Assembly: GCA_044892525.1 (NCBI GenBank) | Contig: CM097885.1 | Coordinates: 37,326,001-37,390,000, forward strand | Length of the DNA stretch: 64,000 nucleotides | Source of the DNA: Schmidtea polychroa | Taxonomy: Eukaryota | Reading direction: 5' to 3' | Program-made: the position numbers and the translations under genes | Notes under the pieces: model-generated | Told to the model about the DNA's origin: nothing | Database searches by the model: none | Seen by the model: the letters and a program-made list of their open reading frames with translations, nothing else | Shown: one piece after another, positions 1 to 12,899 of the stretch | Position numbering within the stretch: the stretch's first letter is position 1 | How the letters are laid out: each line of letters starts with the position of its first letter

Positions 1-864
1 TGCGTATGGGTTTGAGCAATGATTTCTATTATTATTTTCTAGTGTTTAAATTATTCGAAAACCTGCGCAAGGACCGCGAGCAGGCTCAACAAGCTGAAGA
101 CCTCCAGGTAGAGTCGAGAAGCTTAAAGGAAAGTGCCGGGAATTTGAGGGTACTTGGTTCAGTCCAGCATAAATGAAGAAACGGACGGCACAGATCCTGC
201 AACTCCAGATCCAGACGGAGCAGGATCAAGTCGAAATCCGCGCACTAAAATTACAGGTCCGCACGCTCGGAGTCAAATTGAACGAGAAGTTCATAAATGA
301 CACCATCAAAGATCAGATTCGCCAATTACCCGTGGAACTGGCCGAAATCTACCCACCAGCACAGTCGAGTAAGCCGAAACGCAAGCGGTTAGGGCGAAAC
401 ACCCGAGAGAAGCTGAAAAGAGCCTGGCTAGTAGAACAAGAGAAATTAGGAAAACCCGAGTCGACTCCAGCATCCTAATCGCGATTGAACGCATGTAGTG
501 ATGCACATGCTGTTGAGACTTGTTATAATTGAATAAATAGATTTTTAACAATCTAATGTACATGAGGTTTAGTTTTATGATCGTCGAGGACAATGAAATT
601 GGTATAAGGGTGTTTGGGAAACAATTTCGATAAGGGACCTGAGTAAATCGGACATATGCTTTCTAACGGTAGTCCGTGGACCCATAGAGTACCCGACAAT
701 TATAGTGCCGTTAGTGCGCTCACTTTTTGCGAGTACTCACCCACTTGATACAGTACCAACGTTGATTACTCAACGGGTATCAAGCGGTAAAACAATGTTG
801 TATTTTGGGTTACGCTGGTAACATCACTAAAGAATAAATATTTGACCACCTGTAACCCACCACA
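1..864 (+). mobile_element. 3' end of an LTR related to the giant element's LTR (solo or 3' LTR), including a disrupted copy of the LTR-encoded coiled-coil/basic ORF
   Basis: About 40-864 aligns by eye with 21900-22789. The ORF 173-478 has KPKRKRLGRNTREKLKRA versus KPKRKRLGRNIREKLKKA. It shares ttctaacggtagtccgtg...gttgattactcaacgggta...gtaacccacca and ends in CA with no PBS after it. Confidence 0.8.
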
Positions 865-2557
865 AGTGTTAGATGACAGTGGCAGGCAAGTAAGTACATT
901 TGTCCTAACTTGGCCGAAAAGATTCTGGGTCAAAATCTATAGCGAAGTGGTACAGAAATAGTCCTCAATATCAAACTCAAACTCCCAGGCAATCCAATCC
1001 AAATCCCAATCCAATATCAAATTCAGATAAATGTGCAATTGGATAAAGTTATTCATTATTAATATTTATTGAACATATTTCATTTGATTTAATCAGACAT
1101 ATTTACCCCTTGTGTATGTGGACATATTTATTGATTTTGTGGTGTGAACATGTTTATTTGATCTTTTATTTTTGTACATATTTATTTATCAAAAATATAT
1201 AAAATCTTACATGTGGGGATTTTAATATTATATCTTAAAAAAATAATTTTACAATAAAAATTAATAGTCATGACCGGAAAAATATTCTGTTTAAGCAGTA
1301 TTAAAAGTCAATTATAAATCTCTGTATAAGATAAAAGAATAAATTTAAAAAATAAATAAATTTTAAATCACGTCAACAATGGTGAAAAATTATATAAGTA
1401 GGTAGCGTAAAAATAAGAATTTCGCCCATAAAATAAAGTCTTATTTTTAACAGAAAAATTTTAGGAGTCAAGCTATAAAATATTTTAATCTTGACAGTAT
1501 GAGATCAAAAATCATCCCCAGTCAAACAACAATTATATAGTAAGCATTTGAATAGAAATTCGAAACAAAAACTATTGTATTTTTAGGTAAATTTTGGATT
1601 TTCATTAATAATAAATTTGAATCGAGTTTTTGATCTGCTTTCATATAAACATATTTATAACTAAGGACCACCAAGCAGAATTGATGTCACTCCCAACTTC
1701 GGAGACCTCAACACAAGTGTTAAATATGTATTATATTTTGTTTAGTATATAAAAATTTTCACTAATTAACTTTTTAAAAATCTTTCAGACATTTACATTA
1801 AAATAAATTCTATAATAATGAAGAAAAATATTATAATAACCAAAAATATAATTCATACCAGTAGTCAAATCTAAGTACTGAATGTTCTGCCAGATTATTC
1901 ATACGAATTTAAAGAAATATAATCAAATAACTAAAGAAAGATATTCTAACCATATTAGAAAATAAGCTTATTACTTCCATTGCGTAATTAATTTTTTAAA
2001 TTGAAAGCTTTATCTTCAAAAATAGAGTATAAGCTTCATTTTGTTTAATGTATTTAAACACCAATTTGATATTAAAGATTAAAAATTCTGAAATTATTAA
2101 TGTATTTAATTTCATATTGCTTTATAAAGTTAAATATTCATATTTTTAGTTGACTTCATTAGTTTAATTTTTACGAACATGAATGAATTTTATGGGTCTA
2201 TAAATGCAAACATCTTGATATAAAATGTCTATTCATAGATTATTTTTAAATGAAGAATTAACTAGGAAAGACAATGACGAGTTTAAAAACATAAGAGCCA
2301 CAAAAAAATTTGCAGAAATTACAACCATAAAATTAATAAACAGTGAAATCGGGAGAAAGCAAACGCCTAACAACTTTCAAAACTTTATATTTTAAGAGAA
2401 TAAATAAGAAAGGAAATCCAATTACCTAAAAATAAAAATAAAATCATAATAATAAATTCATAAAGTTCAAGGCTAATTACATATGATTGATATCAATGAC
2501 AATAAGCAAATATAATTTAATTAATTTATTGAAAGAACACAAATACGATCAAAATTG

Positions 2558-5450
2558 TTATCTTTTCGTCACACGATTCCATCCACCGTCTGAATCTGAA
2601 ATGATAAATCAATATATCATATAGTAAACGAAAAATGTTTACCATTGGATTTCTTATTTTTATCTATTGTGGGAATATTGCGACTCATATTGCTCCCTCG
2701 ACCGGCATTCATTTCAGTTTGGATAGGACTAGATGTTATCTGATTAGCGCCACCTGCTAATGCTTGCTTGTTCCTCAAGTGTGGTGGAATGTACGTAACT
2801 GTAATCACAATAAACAAATCAATAATACACCCATCGCAAAATTACCAGCTTTCGGAGCAGATTCCAACTTTTCCCTTTTCTCTTTCTCTAATCTTTCATT
2901 TTCTTCTTCCAATTCCTTTTGTTTCATCATATCTTGTTGACGTTTCTGTTCCATCAATTCAGCCATGCGCTTCTCACGATATATTTGTTTGATTTCATCA
3001 TTCTTGGCTTCCCACTCTCTCAATTGTGCTTTATAATCTTCGTCCGTTTCTTTTAAAAGTGACCCGATGTAACTCTCGATATCTGACTGAATTTTCAGGC
3101 ACAATTCTTTATCCCTCAACCTCAATAAATGCAGTTCCTGAGAATCGTTTCTTCGCTTTTCTTCTTTGTCGTCGAACATTTTTTTCGCCTTTTCATAACT
3201 CTCTAATTGAAAGTTATTTATCCTAGGGATTTCTTCGAGTCTCAATGCTCTCTGGAAGTAATCAACTTTTTGTTCTAATTTCCTAAACCGTTCTTCTTCT
3301 TCCTCTTTCAATCGATTCTTTTCATCGCATTGTAATTTAACAAGTTTAATTTCATCCATTTCAGCCAATTCTTTTTCAGTGAAGTTTTTGAGAATTTTAT
3401 TCCCCGCATCGCTGCTCTTTAAATAAGTCATTCTAACCTTATTTATTTTTCTCTGGTGCAATTCTCTTTGTTCTTCATTTCTTTTCTTCTGTAACTGCTC
3501 CTGTTCCTCGCGCAATCGGTTGCTTTCTTCTTTCCTGCGTTTCTCATCCCGTAAACGTATATGTTCGCTTAGTTTTCGCTGACTCTCTTCTTCTAATCTT
3601 TCGATTTCTTCTTTTCGAGTCTCAATCAAAATTTTCCTATTTAACATCAACTGGTGGGCTTCATTGATTTTTCTAGAATAACACTGTCGAACCCATTCAC
3701 GACTCTGTTGTTTATCCATGTCTACGTAACCTATGTGCTCAGCAACCTCATAAATAGCAATGGAAAACTTCGACAATTGTCTAGCCAATGTACTTATACC
3801 ATTTATCTCTTGAGATATTAAATCGGTATCATTCCTTTGACTAATTCCCAAATCTGTATAGACATCGAATTCGAGAATGCCAGATCGATGATCAATTTTG
3901 ATTGGCAACTCCAAATTGCAGATTAGGTGATTTATGATTGTCTGTAATTTCAGAGAATTTACATATGGACAAAGTTTTTCAAATTCAGTAATCTTAATAG
4001 TTTTATAAACTTTTCCAATTTGGATCAGCGTTTTACTGACAACGGTTTTTTCGATTAAATCGCAATAAACATTTAATTCCGGATGTTCACGCAACATTTT
4101 CAAGACAGGAGGAGCATCTTTTGCCATAGATAACGGTTTATAATCTGATTCAAGAATTTTGAAGAAATTTCTTATTTCAGGGCTTACTAAATTATAAATA
4201 TTGTTGGTTTGGATATCTTTGATTAAGCTTGCTCTAGTAGGTGGATTTGGAAGATTCAATAACATAGATAAAGTTTTTTGTTTAACTGGATTTGTGATTT
4301 CTCCAGATTCTAACAATGGATCAACTGGTTCTCTGTTATTTGGTAACGGAACAGCCAAAGTTGCAATAATCAACTGTAGAGCATATTTCTCAAGGTCAGC
4401 TAGAGACATATTTTTTTTGTTTTCTCGACTATAAAAAAAATATTTATGAAGAGCAGCTGCATGAAATAAATATGTTCCGAATTCAAAACACACGTCTGAT
4501 GTTTTCAAATAATATTCTGCCAAAATTCTTGGTTTTGCTGAGATATTTGAAGTATTTAATAAATTCCAAACATCTTCTACTGCTTTAAAAGCTTCATTAT
4601 ATAATTCAAATTTTAGTGCATAATCTAACATTTTTAATCGAGTTTCTAAATGCAATACCCAAGTTTCGGAAGTTTGAGTTTGAGACATGTTTCCAATTAC
4701 TGTATTACTTTGAAATTTCAACATATGGTTACGTAAAATTTCAGAAAGCTTTCTAAACTCTGCTTTTCTATCATACTTCTGACAGAATTCAAAAGTTTCT
4801 TGTGCAATGTCATGATATAGTCTTTCAAACTTTACATTATTTCTTAATAATTCCATACATTGACGATACGATTCCCATAGAAATTTTAACCATGGAGTTA
4901 AAATTGCACGATCTTGTCTTTCTTGTTCTCCTTCAGCATTTATTGCAAATAATATTAAATTTTCCGGTGTATCTGGATTGTCTAAATCATCTATTTCAGG
5001 AACAATTTGTTTAGACTTCTCTCGAGCTTCTTCAGTACGCAATTTTGCCAATGACAAATAATACTTTACTACATCTTCTAATGATTTAGGAATCACCTGT
5101 ATAATTTTATTATAAAAATTACAAATATTTTAAAAAGTACTTGAAATGTCATATTTTTATATTGATGAATAATTTCTTTAAATTGCAAACTTTTTTTATT
5201 ATCTACACAAAGCTGAGCCAATAACATCATAACTTCTTCGTGAGTTTTAACCCATGCCTTTTGCTTTTTTTGTGCTTTCATACATTCACTTAAAATTTCA
5301 ATAGCCGTATTGAGCTTGGATACATTTATTAAATCTATTATAATTTATCAATACAAAGTTTTATTATAACACTTAAAATTCTAATAAATATAGATCACAA
5401 AAATTACCTTTAGCTTTGGCCAAAGCAGATTCAGGTTTGCTTGGTGCCAT
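2558..5450 (-). CDS. EIF3A: Eukaryotic translation initiation factor 3 subunit A, copy 1 (5 exons)
   Basis: Typical eIF3a motifs LTPWLKFLWESYRQCMELLRNN, CQKYDRKAEFRKLSEILRNH and LETRL, followed by a PCI region and long coiled coil. ATG at 5450 (MAPSKPESALAKAK); GT-AG introns at 5407-5335 and 5140-5097 plus two short 3' introns; ends DSDGGWNRVTKR*. Confidence 0.93.
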
Positions 5451-5929
5451 TTTCAACGTGTATAATTAATATAATTATTCGCAATTTTAAACAAATTGAA
5501 ATTTAATTAATAAAAAAAATTAATTATTATAAATTTTAAACATCTTGTAAAATTTTTTAACTTATACATTAAATTTTTTAGATTTACAAAATTCCAAAAT
5601 TAGTGAAATTTGCGGTTATATATGTAAATATCTTAAAGTAATTTAAAGTTTTTGAAAATCCTGAGAATTTTTACTATGCATTTCCCAAGCAAAACTGCAA
5701 AAACTTATGTATAACTCTAAACTAGAATTTTTAGAAATTACGTTTGTCTATCGGCATCAATATACCAACGCTGGTGCTAAACATTTCCAAATTTTTGTTG
5801 GTGGAGGGGGGGGGGGGGGTGTTGTTTAAAGGTTCTAAAATCGCTGATAGATTTATCATTAACTTCTTCCTAAACGCCTTCGAGACTATTATGTTTCTGC
5901 TATTGTGTAATCATGGCAAACCCATTTTA

Positions 5930-6110
5930 ATTTCTTTAATATTAATCAACGGTCTTGGATTTATCATAAATTCAATATTCGTCAACATGGTTGTCAATTC
6001 TTCATTTGTGACATTAGCCTTAATCAAAACTAGCTCCATACCCCTTTGTACGAATTTTTTCATGCTTTGAAAAACCCTCCGCAATTAGGAGCTCGAGCGA
6101 ATTAAAGACC
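5930..6110 (-). pseudogene. Bel/Pao retrotransposon integrase fragment
   Basis: Minus-strand translation ARAPNCGGFF...MKK...TNEELTTMLTNIEFMINPRPL resembles the Bel/Pao integrase motifs P.APWWGGF.ER and EEL.T.L..IE..IN.RPL. Confidence 0.65.
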
Positions 6111-6429
6111 CATTTTACTCAATTTTCTACCATCTATTTTGTCAATTGGTATGTGGTTGAGATTGTCTTGATTATGTCGTGCATTGGCTCTTAATTGGGT
6201 GAGTGTTGGATATCTGACATGTGTTTATTGAGTTCTATCATGTCAGTAGATTGGATAAAGCTGATTTGGGTCGTTGGAGATGTCTGTGTAGAGATTGATG
6301 TTCTGATTGGCGATACATTTGTGGATATAGGATTGAGATATGTGTTTATAGTGAATAGTCGTCGATTTTTGCAGTCTATCATGAGGGATTGTTCGCTGAG
6401 GAAACTCATGATGCTATAAGAGCCGATCG

Positions 6430-6625
6430 AACGTTCGCAGGATATGGAAATGTTCAATTATTATGAGAGAGGAATACGATGTGGTTTGACATTTGTTAAC
6501 AAGCATCATGTTTCAACTTCAGAGAATACAGAATTATTATATATTGATATTAATAATTTGTATGGTTGGGCTGTTATCCAAAAACTTCTGTATGCTGATT
6601 TTACTTGGGTATTAATAATCTTGAA
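6430..6625 (+). pseudogene. Fragment of a protein-primed family B DNA polymerase (Polinton/Maverick-like), catalytic motif A region
   Basis: ERGIRCGLTFV...LLYIDINNLYGWAVIQKLLYADFTW matches the pPolB pattern GIRGG...Y.D.NNLYG.AM...LP...F.W. Confidence 0.7.
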
Positions 6626-8399
6626 TCTATATGGCATGAGTGCATAAATTCAACATAAAAAGTTGACGTATAAGAGTGGAGAGTGGATATATAAATGAAA
6701 TTCGGAAAGAACTAGGTTTATTTCTTTATCCTAATAAAAATATTTTATTAATTAATTTAAAGGATGCTCATATTCTGTTTTATTAGATGGTTCAATAGAT
6801 TTCTTTGTTTAGGACTTCGCCAACTCATAGTAAGTAATTGATAATAATAATTAAAATGAAAAAATAAATACAAATTTCTTGATATTATTAGAATTTGTTC
6901 TCAGAATAAAATCTTAAAAATAAAAATAATGATAATAATGCTAATAAATAATAATTAATAATAATACTAATAATTATAATAAATAATAATTTAAATAATA
7001 ATAATAATAATGCTAGATTACCGACAAATTCCAGAGAAAATTCAGAAGAGTGAGAAAACGGACGCAGAAGCCCTTTAAAAACATTATTTTGTAAATTAAA
7101 TATAATAGGGTTGGGGGTGTCCTCTTTATTCCTTAATTAATATATATTTACAAGCTGATTGTCGTGGTGGGCGGTTGTAATCCAACTAGTGGGAGGCCTC
7201 TTTAAATATATATTGTTAATAGTGAAAACATTAATTAATTTGGTTATAGTGCCAATGATGCATTGTCATGTATTTTGAAATATATTTTTAATACGTTTCA
7301 AATGTGCTGGTAGTTGACTACCCTGACATGCTAGGCGTAATGTTCCGTACGGAGAACTATAATGACCAGGTTCTTCTGACCCCACTTGTGGCAGGCACAG
7401 ACGACCCTTGTGGACGCGAACAAATATCCACCGTGTCTTTCAGGCACAGATATTTGGTTACTGCTCATTAGGCCTGACAATACTAAATGCATAAACTTTG
7501 CCTTGTCCTCTCTTGTCTTGATTTTTATAGTTTAAATAATTATAAAAATAGTATGAGGGTTTACATGTGATAAGTTTTATTTTATTTACTAACCCTAATA
7601 GGACGCATTTACTCAAAATTGACATAGTTCTTTAAAATTTTACCCTTAATTGTTGCCGATTTTCTATAGGTTAGGTCATATCATCAATAGATAACGATCG
7701 AATTTCTCATGATTTTAATAAATGTTTAGTTTTAATATGAGAATAGGTTTTTTAAGTATAGTATTATATTTTTTAAATGTGTATATAAAATTCGGCTGAA
7801 AAAAGGTTTAGGTGTTTTGAGTGTGAATAAATAATGATGTCATTTTGTATAGTTTTAAATTCTAATGTTTGAGTTGACAATTATTCTCATTTACCAATCA
7901 TTATTTTCAAAAATTATAAAAACTTTATTTATTATAACTAGAAATCTTAATTTTTTAAAATAGATTAAAATTAAACTTACAAAGTTTTTAAATTATGTTT
8001 TTTATTATTTTTTTTTTTTTTTTAAATATTTAAAAATCATAAGTTTTATTAAATTTAAGATTTCTAAATTAACATGTTATTCAAATTAATTATGAATTAG
8101 TCGCAGAAATTATTAGTGCATTAACATATTATCAATTTATAGAATATTGAGAAACACAGTTGAAAAATGAAAAAACTTTAAAAATAATATATTTACCAAT
8201 AAGATTTATTATTTTCAATAATAATTTATTTTTAAGTTCATAAAACCGAGAGAAATTTCATTTTCTGTGACAAACAGAAATTTGAATTGATATAAAAATT
8301 TAATATCCTGATATAAAATCTCACATACCCCAAATAAAAAACACTAATAAAAATATGAACAGTTTTGCGTACAGTGCAACACATACAGCTAACTAGTCA

Positions 8400-8760
8400 T
8401 CGGTATGTTATTACTTTGCTGCAATATTCTCATAATCTTGTTACAATTTGCTTAAATATTTTACAATTGTTGAAATTTTTCCAAAATACGTTATTACTTT
8501 GTTGCAATTTGATGAAAAATGTTAATACTTTGTTGTAATTTAATGAAATGTTTCATAATTTTGTGGTAATTTAGTGTAAATTATTTATTAAATTGCTGCC
8601 ATTCACCGAAATAATTTCCCATTTTATTGCAACTTAATGAATACTTTATAACATTATTGTAATTTATTGAAAGATTTCGTTATGTTGTTTTGATTTATTG
8701 TAATATTTTTATTAAATTTGTAACCATTAACCGAAATAATTTATTATTTTACAATAATTA
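8400..8760. repeat. Degenerate ~40-bp tandem repeat
   Basis: Recurring ttattactttgttgcaattt-like units. Confidence 0.45.
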
Positions 8761-9625
8761 GTGATTGAATATAGTTTAAAATACTGTAATAGAAGATTAT
8801 TTAATTATGTAATGAATTTTACAGTTTTGATATTACTCATATGCAATAAAGATGCAATATCAATGCATGATTTTGGTTGGTTAGTATATGATTGACCTCT
8901 ATGACTGTATATATTGAATAATGATGCTAATATGTGCGTTTTTAATATATTTATACGTATGTCAGTAGGTTTATTGTAATATGTATTAGCATTTATTACA
9001 CTAAGGTCTGTGTGGTACTTATTGATTCGAAATAATTATCTACCATTAATCGATTTATTGATAAATATTTTTGTAACTAAAACGTGTTGGTTTGTAAATA
9101 TTTCAATAAAGATGAATGAATGAATGAGAAAGATTTGTTTATAAAGATGTGTAAATTCAAAAATGGTGTACTAAAAATAAAATTTGAGAATTTTGATTAC
9201 ATCATAGTCTCGTTTAATAGAGAATTAAATTGCAAGTATATTGACATAAAAAATTCTTATAAAAAATCAAAATTTATGATGTAATTAACGATTTAAAAAT
9301 TTTAAATTAATACATAATCAATGATTTAAACAAATTAAAATATTATGCAATCAATAATTAAAACGAAATTAAATTATTACGTAATCGATAATTAAAATAG
9401 GAAAATAAAAATTATTACGTATCGATAATTAAAACAAAAATTAAAATTTTAAAAAAAGTGGGAGGGGGTATTTAAAAATTTTCTTTTAAAAAAAAGTAGG
9501 GGGGGGTCTTTTTAAAAAAATTTTTTAAAAAATTTAAAAATTATGGGGGGGTCTTTTAAAAATTTTAAAAATTAAAAAAAAATAGGGAGGTCTGGATCTG
9601 GAGTGCACATAACTACCTACTAGGT

Positions 9626-11848
9626 CAGGTGTATTTTCAAGTGGAGTTGGCTCTAGAAATTCAAGAAATGACTGCATTCAGTACAAGAGTAGGACAATTT
9701 TGCTTCAATAGACTACCATTTGGATTAGCAACAGCCTCTGCGACATTCCAGAGACTGATGCACACAGTGCTAGAAGGAATGCTTTTCAAGGGTGTAGTAG
9801 TTTATCTAGATGATATCTTGGTATATGGTAAAAGTCAAAAAGAACACCATGAGCTATTAATGAGCTATTAATTCAGAAGAATTCAAATGGCAAGACTGAA
9901 GATAAATCCAGAAAAATGCAAATTCAATAAAACAGAATTGTGTTTCCTTGGTCACACAGTTAACGAGAAGGGTATTCAAACAAACAGGAAGAAAGTGGAA
10001 GAGATCGAGAAAGAAGAAGTACCAAAATGTTCAAAACAATTGAGATCGTTTTTCGGATACACGAACTACTATAGAAGATTCATCAAAGACTATGCCAAAA
10101 TCGCCGAACCATTATACGCTGCAACATCTGAATGTGATAAAGATATAAATTGGACTAATTAATGCAATGAGAGCTTCCAAACTCTGAAGAGATGGTTGTG
10201 CGAAGCACCTATCCTTGATTTTCCTAGAGAAGATACGACTTTTATCCTAGACACAGACGGTAGTTTCGGAGCCATTGATGCAGTTTTGAGTCAAATTACA
10301 GAAGATGGAGAAGAATCGGTCATAGCTTATGGCTCGAGACATATGTCATTACATGAAAAGGGATACTGTGCAACCAGGAAAGAACTGTTCGCCGTACATA
10401 AATACGTCATGCATTTTAGAGAATATCTGTACGGAAAAAAATTCATAATTCGCACCGACCACAAAGTACTGGTTTTCATGAACACTACAAAAACGCCAAT
10501 CAGTCCGCAGTGCCAAACATGGTTAGCTAACCTGTCGGAATATGATTTTGAACTAAAATATCGGAAAGGCGAAGGACACTCGAATGCAGATGGACTATCA
10601 AGATTAAAAAGTATGATTTGCACCCAGTGTCAAACAAGACATGAAGAAGCTAAGGGAGGAAAATCAAAGATTATATATATATATATTTTCCAAAGAACAG
10701 AAGCTATGGAAAAAGTATGGGAACAACAATAAAAGGACATTCGGTTTCGAGAGATATTGGAAAATGGATGTACACGAGAGAAAAAGAATTGTTTTCGTTT
10801 TAACGTAAAAAATACACGAATTGATGGAGGATTAATAACTGTAGAAAAGAACAAAAATATCTTAATGTTAGTCCCAGAAACATTTGCAGGCCTGTTAACA
10901 ACAACTATATCACATTGGAGTTAAGAAATTATTTCATTATATGGAAAAGATATTTTATTGGCCAAAAATCCAAAAAACAATCCAACTCCGTTTAAGATGT
11001 TGCGAGATCTGTGCTAAGAGAAAGATCGATCAGACAAAAACCAAGGAAACATTTATTCCTAGATATAGCTCTGAATTCCTAGAACAGATTGTTTTAGATG
11101 TGGCTTACATGGAAATAAACGCCATGAAAAAAATATATGGTAGTAATGGTGGACCGTTTTAGCAAACTGATTTCTTTAACTGCAATCACAAAGCAAGACG
11201 AAGGGACCATTTTCAAAACAATACTTAATAGTTGGATCTATCGATTTGGAAAACCGAAGAGCATTTTAACAGATAGAGGCCGAAATTTCGAAGGGAATTT
11301 CCTAAGACAGAAGCTACAGAAACTTGGAATCAAACAGGAATTCAGCTCACCTTATCAGCACCAATCAAATGGTTTAGCCGAAAGAGCCATACGAACGATA
11401 AGAGATCTTATTACAGCAACATTGGCAGGCGGATGTGAAGAGAGAAACTGGCACGAACTTCTACCCAGAATAGAGTTCACTATAAAAAGCAGTCGACAGT
11501 GTTACAGGTTTATCACCATTTGAGATAATTATGCTAACCTACACTCTAACCTGGAACAAGCCAAGATATCAAGAAGCGAAAGAATCGAAGACGCGAGATT
11601 TAACTCGAGTAAAGCTGGAGACATTATGAGAGGTATGGATAAGACAAAGAGGGGCACTCGTGTTTTCGAGGTGGGGGAAGAGGTACTCGTACGTAAAGAG
11701 CCGCAAAACAGGCACAAGGATGGTATGAAATACGATGGCCCAAATAAAATCGTCAGATTTCTATCACCTCATCGAGTCGAACTACATTCACAAGAAGGAA
11801 CGAAATAAAGAAGAATAAAGTGGCTGAAGAAGTGGAAAAAGTCTTAAG
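9626..11848 (+). pseudogene. pol: Degraded, 5'-truncated Ty3/Gypsy pol (RT-RNase H-integrase), a different family from the giant element
   Basis: RLPFGL..ASATFQR, VYLDD, FLGH, ILDTDGSFGAI, RTDHK, NADGLSR, TDRGRNF and QSNGLAER across several frames with stops and frameshifts. A polypurine tract aagaaggggagag follows at about 11846-11858. Confidence 0.88.
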
Positions 11849-12899
11849 AAGGGGAGAGTTAGATATCTTTTTGTTTTAATAATTGGAGTGGCGGTTTTTG
11901 TAAAATTAAAAACTTATTATTTATAAATCCTTTTGATTAAATATATATTGTTGGTTTCAAGACTTTTGCTGAGAAATTTAAAGATGGATTTAAAGATTAA
12001 TTTAACTTTAATGAAGACAATTTGAAATCGAATATTAAAGGAAATTTGAAAAGAAAAAGTAAACATAATTTTTAATTTATTGATTTAATTAATTAATAAT
12101 TTAGGTAATACGAATAAAGAGAAAAGTTATGTCAATATGTCAATAAATCGAAATGAAAATTTACAATGTAAGTATTGATTACTTTTTATGACTTAAAGGA
12201 AATTTAATATAATTTTTTATTTAAGTAAATGTTAATATTTTATATTTAGTAAATATTTTTAGTAAATAAATTTTGTAAAATAAATTTTGTAAATATTTCT
12301 TGTAATAAATAATAATAATTTGCAAATTTTTGCGTAAACATTTATTTAATCAGATTTCTTTAATATTATTTAGTAATAATAATAATATTTTGTGTAATAA
12401 TTACAATTATACATCGAATTTCTTTTATTTTATGATATTTAAAAAACTTTTGAATAATTTTAATGGTATTTTATAATTAAGGTAATCTTTACTCGAATTA
12501 CTGTCAATGTAAAGTCCATGATGACCGCAAATACCATAAAATAATGAAAAAAATACTATCGACATATGAATAAACGAGTCACCTTCTTGTATGAGCTCCC
12601 AAAATATAACTTTTCTGACTTTTATAGTCAACACTGTGCACATTTAAATCAATTTTCTAGTGCAAAGAAGAATCTTTTTGCCTCTATTAATCTAAATAAA
12701 AGTCGAATTGTTACTGTTTGTCCACAACCAGCGAAATTAATCGTAATTTCCGATGATGAAGATATTCATTCATCAAATGACGAAATTATTGTTCGATATG
12801 GAGGTTCTAATGAACCTTTAATTAAATTTAATTTGAATAAGGCAAATGCTATTGTTGAAATGGTTTTTTAAATTTAAATAAATTAATTATCCCTGCACC